Assembly (NCBI GenBank): GCA_964016885.1
Contig: OZ024743.1
Coordinates: 289,106,001 to 289,170,000, forward strand
Length of the DNA: 64,000 nucleotides
Direction of reading: 5' to 3'
Source: Eledone cirrhosa
Lineage: Eukaryota
This document shows, in pieces, positions 54,000 through 64,000 of this stretch; the stretch's first letter is position 1, and each line of letters opens with the position of its first letter. Both the position numbers and the translations under genes were made by a program. The notes beneath the pieces were generated by a model that worked only from the letters and a program-made list of their open reading frames with translations, ran no database searches and was not told the origin of the DNA.

Positions 54000-55305
54000 C
54001 ATGCACACATATATATATGTACGTATGGATTCACCGAAGGTTTATTATAATGCTCGAGGTGTTTGTAAACAAACATCCCGAATTAAGCAACCATCGTTGC
54101 TCATTTGTTCAACACTGACAAGGGAACGCTGTACTAGTCTCAATCTTATTAGCTATCGTCAGCGACGTATACCTTCCTGCCAGATGATTGAACGTCTGAA
54201 AGTATATACTTTCCTTATGCATATTAACGGCTGAGCAGCGTAATTTGCATATCGAGTGAGTTAATCGGCCGGGGTACCGAAAACGATAAACGGAAAAAAT
54301 GAAACGAAATTTCATTTCTGACTCTTAGTACGGCTGTTACTAAATGTAAGTATGTATACGTACATACATATATGTATACAGACGTACAGTAGTGTGTATA
54401 TATATATACATGCACACATATATATATGTGCGTATGGATTCACCGAACATTTATTACAATGCTCGGTGTGTTTGTAAACAAACATTCCGAATTAAGCCGT
54501 ACAGTGTCTAGCAATCATCGTTGCTCATTTGTCCAACACTGACAAAGAAACGCTGTACTAGTTTCAAGCTTATTAGCTATCATCAACAACGTATACCTTC
54601 CTTCCAGATGGTTGAACGTCTGAAAGTATATACTTTCTTTATTAATATTAACGACTGAGCAGCCTAATTTGCATATCGAGTGAGTTAATCGGCCGGGTGC
54701 ACCGAAACCGAAAACGATAAACGGAAAAAATGAAACGAAATTTAATTTCTCACTCTTAGTACGGCTGTTACTTAAATATAAGTATGTATACGTACATACA
54801 TATATGTATACAGACGTACAGTAGTATGTATATATATATATATATACATACATGCACACATATATATATGTACGTATGGATTCACCGAACATTTATTATA
54901 ATGCTCGGTGTGTTTGTAAACAACATCCCGAATTAAGCGGTACAGTGTCTAGTAACCATCGTTGCTCATTTGTTCAATATTGACAAAGGAACGCTGTACT
55001 ATCGTTTTCGGTACCCCGGCCGATTAACTCACTCGACAAGCAAATTAGGCTGCTCAGCCGTTAAGATGCATAAGGAAAGTATATACTTTCAGACGTTCAA
55101 CCATCTGGCAGGAAGGTAAACGTTGCTGACGATAGCTAATAAGGTTGAATCTAGTACAGCGTTCCTTTGTCAGTGTTGAACAAATGAGCAACGATGGTTG
55201 CTAGACACTGTACGGCTTAATTCGGGATATTTGTTTACAAACACACCGAGCATTATAATAAATATTCGGTGTATCTATACGTACATATATATATATGTGT
55301 GCATG

Positions 55306-55342
<37 letters not shown>

Positions 55343-55732
55343 TCTACTGTACGTCTGTATACATATATTTATGTACGTATACATACTTATATTTATGTAA
55401 CAGCCGTACTAAGAGTGAGAAATGAAATTTCGTTTCATTTTTCCGTTTATCGTTTTCTGTACCCCGGCCGATTAACTGACTCGATATGCAAATTAAGCTG
55501 CTCAGCCGTTAATATGCATAAGGAAAGTATATACTTTCAGACGTTCAACCATCTGGCAGGAAGGTATACGTTGCTGACGATAGCTAATAAGCTTGAAACT
55601 AGTACAGCGTTCCTTTGTCACTGTTGAACAAATGAGCAACGATGGTTGCTAGACACTGTACGGTTTAATTCGGGATGTTTGTTTACAAACACACCGAGCA
55701 TTATAATAAATGTTCGGTGAATCCATACGTAC

Positions 55733-55763
<31 letters not shown>

Positions 55764-55767
55764 CATG

Positions 55768-55827
<60 letters not shown>

Positions 55828-55868
55828 CTACTGTACGTCTGTATACATATTTGTATGTACGTATACAT
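53810..55868. mobile_element. Family B retrozyme-like tandem array (about 2.7 monomers minus, then about 2 plus)
   Basis: Monomer about 425-450 bp. HHRs at about 54128-54167, 54551-54591, 55121-55161 and 55569-55609. Flip at about 55001. Confidence 0.92.
55569..55609 (+). ncRNA. Minimal type I hammerhead ribozyme (family B, intact core)
   Basis: CGTTG-CTGACGA-T-AGCT(aata)AGCT-T-GAA-ACTAGT-A-CAGCG. Predicted cleavage after GUA at 55604. Confidence 0.8.
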
Positions 55869-55904
55869 ATATATATATATATATATGCATTCATATGGAC
55901 ATAA

Positions 55905-55973
<69 letters not shown>

Positions 55974-56268
55974 TATATATATATATAGATATATAGATAT
56001 AGATATAATTATGTCCATAAAAATGCATTTTTCGATGTCTAAATCCTTCAAAAGTTCTTTCATTAAGAATCAAAATTCATTTTGCTTAAGAGAGGACCTC
56101 GGGCGCGCCGCGAATCGCTACAGATATCCTGTAAATAAGCGCCGAAACATATGGATCGTGATTTCACAGCTGACGAAGGATTCTTTCTTCTTTTCTCCAC
56201 TTGTCCCGTCGAAACCACCATCCTAAACCTTCATTTTAGTGACCACACATCTCCTTTCGTTTCTTCTC

Positions 56269-56323
<55 letters not shown>

Positions 56324-56516
56324 GATTGAATATATGAGAGGGATGAACACCAATACAAGTATATTAGTATTTTTCAACCTAGCTACATTGGTCATTTATA
56401 ATTCGAACACATGTATACTTGTATAGGTGTTTATCCCTCTCATATATTCAATTCTATTACACGGCTCGGAAAGATTCCCTTCTTTGAGATATTTAATTGT
56501 AAAAGACTATTTTTTA

Positions 56517-59500
56517 TCTCTCTATATATAAAACGGTAGATGTCTGGTTGTGTGTGTATGATTTTTATGCATTTCCACATTTCTCTAGCGATTTTGATGA
56601 TTTTTTTTCCCAATGTGCTCCAAATTAACGAGGGCAGGTCAACGCGTAATTATTTTGGGCAAAGTTTTCCTGCTTCTATAAAAGAAATCGATAAAACTAA
56701 GTATATGTTGTAACCCTCTCTCTTACACGCTTCATTCCTCTCACTACTACCATCAAAAATATATGAAACAACATACATGTTGCAACTCTTTTTAAAAGGT
56801 TCATCCTTTCCTCTACTCCACTCTCAATCTCCTCTGCAACTCTCTTTAAAAGGTTACTGCCTCCGTCTACTACCCTACAATTTAAAACAACGACAAAACT
56901 TCTTTTGAAGGAACGCGACACAAACTTTGAAACCTAAACAACACATCGATTTATACAACAACCATAGCTTTAATCTCTCCGTCGCTCTTCCCTCTCTCTA
57001 CAATATATTATTCCCCCTCTCTATAATTTAACTGCTTTACTCTCTTCATGCTTCGAGGTTTAACAATAGCTTCACTCTCTCCGTCGCTCTTCTCTCTCTC
57101 TATAATAGATCATTCCCCCTCTTCGTTCGGGAACGCGAAAAAAGCTTTGATAACTAAGCGACACTCATACATCAAATATTAAAAATTTAAAAAGCCGATA
57201 ACACTAAATACATACTGCTCTCTCAACGTTATATTTTACACACTTACATTTTGCATCAAATAACAAATATTCAAAAGCAACAGATGTCAGGAGAACGTCA
57301 TGAAGCAAAAAAATTTCAAATCAATCAACAATAAGGGCAAAAATCGATCATGATCATTCCCCTTCTCTATAATCTAACTGCTTTACTCTCTCTGTCGCTC
57401 TTCACTCCCTATATGACAACAGTGCAGAGAGAGAAACAATGTATATGATCAAATGGAGCGTTCCGTATATTCCCCTTCTCTATAATTTAACTACTTTACT
57501 CTCTCTGTCGCTCTTCACTCCCTATATGACAACACTGCAGTGGAGCGTTCCGTATTAACATACGGCTTATCTGGGGCATTTTCAATCGGCTTATTGCAAA
57601 TAACAACCCGCAAAATAACACTTCATATAACAGATTAATGCTATAGACATATGAATCGGAATGTAACCCGTGAAATTTTTCCTGGGCAAAATTATTCGAA
57701 CAGACATGACCCATTGCCAGAGTGTTCAGACTGAAACTGGCTAAACTCATGACTTTAATCAAAAAGGGTAAGGTATTTGGGGCTGTAAAATGTGACATGT
57801 TCACCGTAGAATGGCAAAAACGAGGGCTGTCACATGCTCACATTTTGATTTGGTTAGCTGATAAAACAATTCAAATGACATAGACAGCTTCATTTCGGCT
57901 GAAATCCCTAACCCAGCAACTGACCAGGAATTACATGACATCGTCAAAGCTAACATGGTCCGTGTGCGTCGTTCCTAATGAGCATCACACGTGTCTGAAA
58001 GGGGGGTCGTGCAGTAAGGGATACCCAAAAAATTTTGTTGACCAGACTCAGATGGGTGGTGACGGGTACAGTCGGAGACGGCCCGAGAACGGTGGCTTCA
58101 CCTCAACAGTAAGGGGAGGTCAAGTCGACAATAGATGGGTGATCCCTTACTGCCCGCTTCTCTTGAAGATGTTCCACGCCCACATCAACGTTGAGTTTTG
58201 CAACTCCGTCAAGTCGATAAAATACATATGCAAATATGTAAATAAGGGCTCTGATGTCGCAATGTTCGCATTTCAAGCTGAAAATAGCAGGGACGAGCTC
58301 ACAGAATACCTGGCGGGGCGGTACATCAGTAGCAATGAAGCTTTTTGGCGCCTATTTGGTTTACCCCTAAACCAACGTCACCCCGCCATCGTACAGCTTG
58401 CGGTACATTTGGAAAATTGGGGAAAGGGTTTACTTTACGGACCAAACCGCCGCCAATTTGGCCGCCGATCCGAAAGAGACCACTCTGACGGGTTTCTTCA
58501 AACTTTGCCAGTTCGATACATTTGCGCAAACAATTGTGTACTCCCAGGTTCTATCCTACTTTATATGGTAGAAAAACACTTGAGTGCGAAGAAAGTCAGG
58601 CCAGGCTGTTGAAAGACATCCGGTGTAAAATTTGACAGCTGTCTTGGAAGGGTTTACACTGTGCCCCCAAGTCAGCATTTATGCCTTCTTTTGCATGAAG
58701 TTGTAGGCCCACAAAGTTTTCAGGACCTCAAAACTGTTGATGGAGAAATATGTGGTACGTACCGGGAAGCCTGCTTTAAGCGTGGTCTATTGGAAGATGA
58801 TTCGCTATGGGATTCCATTTTAGCAGAGGGTGCTTTGTTGAAATCACCTACAGGTCTACGGGAACTCTTTGGCATTTTGCTTCAAAAGTGTGAATTGGGT
58901 GATCCCAAATCTTTATGGTTCAAGTAGAGAGACTTCATGTCTGAGAACTTCCTGCGCCTGGTTCATCTGCAGTATCCTTCAGTGGGCGGCATAGCAATCG
59001 ACGCCTTGTGCAACATTGTGAGCAGTCCTTCTGATCTTTAGGAAGCAGTTTTTCCTAATGTCTCATCTAACTTTAAAAACCTCGATTGTCTCAGCGAAAG
59101 AGCCATCCTTGCTCCGAAAAATGCCATGATTAATTTTATTAACCAGCAGCTGATTGAGAAGATTCCCGGTAAAGAGCACATCTTCAAATCTATCGACTGG
59201 ACGTCAGACCCCGACGATATTGTTAATTATCCGGTTGACTTATTAAATTCCCTTGAGCCCCCAGGGCTCCCACCTTACATTCTTAAGCTTATTATGCTAA
59301 TAAAGAACTTACGTCCACCAAATCAGTGCAACGGTACTCGCATGGTCATCAAGTCACTGACGCCCACTTGATTGAGGCCACCATTTTAACGGGGTGCGGG
59401 AGAGGGGAGAATGTTTTCATTCCAAGGATGAACCTTTCTCCCTCGGCGTCAGATATCCCGTTCGATTTCCGGCGATCCCAATTCCGGTGAGACCATGTTT

Positions 59501-59997
59501 TGCCATGTCCATTAACAAGTCACAAGGGCAAACATTGTCGGTGGCGGGCATCCATTTGGGGGAGCCATGCTTCTTCCATAGCCAACTTTATGTTGCCTGT
59601 TCCCGCGTAGGGAGCAGGAATGGACTGTTTGCTTACACTCCTCAAGGGATGACACCCAATATCGTCTACAAAGAGGTGCTATAGATGTTGGTTCAGGGGT
59701 TGGAGCTATGCCGTCTGGAAAACTATTTCCTGGTAGGGTCACCCATGGCGGACAGATCTGACACTCAGCGACATCAGGGCCACCATCTTGCAACTTTGGT
59801 CTGCTAAATTTGCTATTGGAAGATTATTAACCCATCATTGATTGTCCAAAATGCTAATTGGTTCGTAACTATTAATAACCGGTTCAACTGCTTTATACAC
59901 TTAATTGATAAGCTTATTCGCTTTCAGGCCACGTTTACCTGTATGTAACTTTTCATAGCAAATAAACAAACCCGAGCAACGCCGGGCTAAACTGCTA

Positions 59998-59998
<1 letters not shown>
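56517..59998 (+). mobile_element. Helitron, internally deleted RepHel derivative with both ends
   Basis: 5' TCTCTCTATATATAAA. 3' hairpin cccgagcaacgccggg followed by CTAG. Inserted between A and T. Confidence 0.9.
57640..59684 (+). pseudogene. Helitron Rep/PIF1-helicase remnant
   Basis: VEWQKRGLSHAHILIWL, DNRWVIPY.P.L...F.AHINVE, KYICKYVNKG, FAMSINKSQGQTL and QLYVACSRV. Frameshifted, and no Walker A seen. Confidence 0.92.
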
Positions 59999-60080
<82 letters not shown>

Positions 60081-60420
60081 CATGTGTATGTCTGTGTTTC
60101 TGAGTGCGTCTGCATATTACCGGTCACCCCAACACAGCGGTATTCATAACAGTAGTGTATATGTACTCATATACGTTATATACAGCAAACAAATATAAGT
60201 CTAGATATGATTGTTTTAATCTGTGATCATGTCACGGCTATTTCAGAAGCCATGTGAGAACGACTGACACATGTGTTTCGAAATTGTTAAACATCATTGG
60301 TGATGTTTATTCAACCGTTACTGAGATAACAATAAACTATATCTTATATAAAGTTTGCGTATAAATCATCTGCCACATGATGCTCTTTTATATATAGTGC
60401 GAGCTTGAATGTATAGGTTT

Positions 60421-60593
60421 AATAATTGTTTCTATTTTTGGCAGGAGGCCAGCATTACTGGTACTTTATTTTATCGACCCTATAAGGATGAAAGGCAAAG
60501 TTAACCTCGACGGATTTGAACTAACATCATAAAGGGCCGTAACTCTATGCTGCAAAGCATAGCGTCCGACCTCCACCAATATTGCCAATCCAC
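60421..60593 (-). mobile_element. tRNA-derived SINE
   Basis: Reverse complement of the family consensus. Confidence 0.85.
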
Positions 60594-60755
60594 ATTATCG
60601 ATCATGCTATGTTTGTGCTACGATTAATTATTCGTGTTACTGACTTCCTCATACGGTTACTGAGATACATGTGACATGAACTTAAAACACATTCGTAGCG
60701 AGATTTATATAAGTAAATGATGCACAAACATATCGAATATTCTTCTTTATATATG

Positions 60756-60884
<129 letters not shown>

Positions 60885-60967
60885 GAGGTGAGTTTTATTG
60901 TAGCACACTGAAGCAATCCACATATCGGATAAGTAGCACTCAATAGTTTATTGGACTGGAGTATATA

Positions 60968-61628
60968 TAAGAAGAAATTAAAAGATGGTTAAAAAAGTTC
61001 CCTGTATTTTATTATGCGCATGTCAAAAACAAATATCATCCAGGGACGATATTTGCGTTCTCATCAGATAAAATAGGGAGAAAATCGTCTTCTATGCTTA
61101 TAAATCATCTAACTTTATTTTCATTCACCTTATCTTATATCACTTTATTTTATCTTAATAATACTTTTTTAATAAAGTTTTGCACTTCATGGTAGGAGGC
61201 CTTCACTATTTAAACCCTAAATTAATAGTATACTTAATTTCTATATCTGTAATCATAAGCATCATAAGCCTCATTAACTTTTAAATTTAAAATCTTATTA
61301 ATTTATTTAATTTATTTATAAATTTTACAACCGTTTTTTCAGTCATTTCTCTGTGTGAGACAGCGTCTCTCAGTTTAAATGTTTATCTCTCTCTCTCTTT
61401 CTCTCTCCTTCCTCCTTCTTATAATCTTCCTCCGTTATCCCTTCCTTCTTTTTTCTTTTTCCTTTCTTCCTCTTCCTTACTTTTCTCCCCTTGCTCACAA
61501 GCTTCATATCATGTCTCCATATTTTATCTGATGAGAACGCAAATATCCTCCCTGGATGATATTTGTTTTTGAAATGCGCATAATAAAATACATGGAACTT
61601 TTTTAACCATATTTTAATTTCTTCTTAT
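60968..61628. mobile_element. Family C fold-back with two HHRs (61005-61075 minus, 61520-61590 plus)
   Basis: Inverted termini of about 115 bp. tattttat-CTGATGA-long stem II-GAA-ATGCGCAT-A-ataaaata. Confidence 0.85.
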
Positions 61629-61667
61629 ATATATATATATATAAATGTATGTATAGTATATATATAT

Positions 61668-62000
61668 ACCGTATGTTTAATTAAAAGCATTTTGAAGTCC
61701 TTGCGCTATCATTTTTAAAGTAGTGACTATGTACCAATCCTAATTTTGAATTTTTGCTGGACCCGCAATCGCTCTGTAAAATCAGTTCCTGATTATTACC
61801 GGAATTCTATAAGAATCCAGCCTCTATAATTTTCGGCAGAGGTGGGGAGTGCGTTGTTCTGAGGATCACTAACAGTGTGAAACAGAATCTGTCAGCTTCT
61901 CTCCCTTCCTCTGCCGAAAAAAGAAGTAAGTGACATATTGCCAAATATACTATACATACATTCATGTATAAATCGCTATTTCAAAGCACCAATTCGAATT
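61668..62000. repeat. Family A fold-back copy with HHR at 61855-61897
   Basis: CTGAGGA-TCAC(taaca)GTGT-GAAAC-AGAATCT-GTC-agc. Confidence 0.8.
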
Positions 62001-62251
62001 TTATATATATATATATAAATTTTTTTTAAATAAACCTACAAATGAAGGACAAAGCTGCAAGATCATCAGCTGTTGAGATGGACTTTGGCAGCTTCGACCC
62101 CTACCAATAGTACTGTTGGTCCACCATGGATCACAGCGTCTGACATCAGCCAAACGCTGCCCATTGGGGTAAGAGACGAGGAACAAATCATTAATTCATA
62201 GCAATTAAGCAACACGTACACATAGAATGTTTGTGACGTCAAGGAAAAGGT

Positions 62252-62291
<40 letters not shown>

Positions 62292-62910
62292 GAAGAACGA
62301 GGAATCAGTATTGCTCTGCGGACGCGCATTTACCTGCAACCCTACAATAAAACTATATATATATATATATATATAAATATATATATATAAAAAAAATATA
62401 TATATATATATAGAAAGAGAGAGAGAGGGATAGATAGATATAAAGTTAGGTAGATTTATATACATATATATGTGTGTGTGTGCGTGTGTGTGTGTAATCT
62501 GCAATCCACGTCGGTAATGCTAAATTCCTATTACTTCCACGTGTGCAAAGTATATCCATTTTCATTATAACTAACGTTTTACTAGATTAAAATACCTTAA
62601 TGAGTTTTGATATAAAACGAGGCACTACTTAACACGAACTAACATCTGCAAAAACGAGAAAGCGTTTCAAAATTTGGCAGTGTCTTGAAAGCAGCTACAT
62701 TTTACCGGAAATAACAGTTGTTATAAGTGACTTAAAGTATGAATAAATCCTACATATTTATTTTCGTTGTTGGTCTTGGCGTTGTAATAAATAAAAATAT
62801 AAACAAAAATTAAATATATTCAAAAATGGAAAAAAGGTACGATAAAATTATACATATTATTACTCTCAATGAATTAAATAAAGGCATTATTGATATTATT
62901 ATTATTATTA

Positions 62911-63740
62911 AGGGCGGTGGATCGGCAGAATCGGTAGAGCGTCGCACAATATTTGTTCAGGGTAAAAGAAAAGGAATAAAGCTGATGGTGCAGGGACGAA
63001 AACCCAATTACTATACCTGAAGTATTCAGAACGACATCAGTGTTCCTGGTCAAAAGGAATAGGAAAATCAGCCGAGAAACGCAAAAAAAAAAAAAAAAAA
63101 TGCTTCAAAGAAAACAAAAGTTCAATCTGAGTCTTGTGCACCATTGGCTACAGCCGGGGATTCACTGTACCATCAAGTTTTCAGACAAATTCGTTGCATT
63201 GGGTCGGACGCCATGCTTTGAAGCCTAGATTTACCGCCCTTTATAATCTGAGTTCAAATCCCGCCGAGGTTAACTTTGCCTTTTAACCTTACGGGGTCGA
63301 TGAAATAAAGTACAAGTAATGCACTGGGATAATTGCTGGCTTTGTACCAAAAGTAGAAACAATTATCTATTCACAGTATATTGTGTGACATATTTACGTC
63401 CCTTTAGGTTCTGAGTTCAAATCGCATGGAGGTTAGCTTTGCCTTCGATCCTAACGGATAAAGTACCACACTAGGGTCGATTTAATCTACATGCTCCCAC
63501 CAAATTGTTGGCCTGTTGCCTAAATTAGAACCATTATTTACTTACAGGCGGTGGATTGGCAGTATCGGTAGAGGGTTGGACGCCATGCTTTGACGCATAG
63601 AGTTACGGCCCTTGCCATTCTGAGTTCAAATCCCGCCGAGGTTAACTTTGCCTTTCTTCTTTACGGGGTCGATGAAATAAAGTACCAGTAATGCACTGGC
63701 TAATTCTGGCCTTGTGCCAAAAGTAGAAACAATTATTTCA
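62911..63740 (+). mobile_element. SINE cluster: head at 62911, copies at about 63201-63368, 63395-63540 and 63546-63740
   Basis: Family cores seen directly. Confidence 0.85.
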
Positions 63741-63874
63741 AGCGACATGTATTCTTTTCACATCGAGGTCTAGTTGCATTAAACTTTACTGGGGTTGATA
63801 AAATAGAAGGCCAGCCCAGTAATAGTTCTATCTCATCGTTTAACCTTTTCACCTACTTCTACTGATGCCAACAC

Positions 63875-63897
63875 CGCTGCTGCTGTTGCTGCTACTG

Positions 63898-63928
<31 letters not shown>

Positions 63929-64000
63929 CACCACCACCACCACCACCACCACCACCACCACCGCCACCACCACCACCACCACCACTACTACTACTACTAC
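63875..64000. repeat. Compound (CTG)/(CTA)/(CCA)n microsatellite
   Basis: Seen directly. Confidence 0.95.

Noticed and set aside
53810-55868. CRISPR-like array
   Set aside because: Whole monomers of about 430 bp repeat without unique spacers, there are no cas genes, and the context is eukaryotic.

Overview
Eukaryotic, AT-rich, repeat-saturated DNA, most likely from a coleoid cephalopod such as an octopus. That assignment is inferred from the SINE family and the very dense (TA)n/(CA)n microsatellites. No host protein-coding gene can be supported, and almost all listed short ORFs are microsatellite translations. Recognisable elements: a near-intact Tx1-clade LINE sitting in (TATC)n (10895-16625); a nearly full-length Penelope-like element (PLE) with RT and GIY-YIG (46096-49980, minus); a Naiad-like PLE 3' fragment; an internally deleted Helitron; non-autonomous Helitrons; mariner, pogo, Vingi and RTE relics; and over a dozen tRNA-derived SINE copies. 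The main unexplained signal is a set of at least seven sequence-distinct repeat families that each carry a minimal type I hammerhead ribozyme (HHR) with a palindromic stem III. They lie in (TA)n tracts, often as tandem monomers of about 320-450 bp, and usually as head-to-head fold-backs. This looks like a PLE-driven retrozyme-like system. A candidate HDV-like ribozyme and a conserved non-HHR structured core were also seen. All structures were paired by eye, and many boundaries are approximate.
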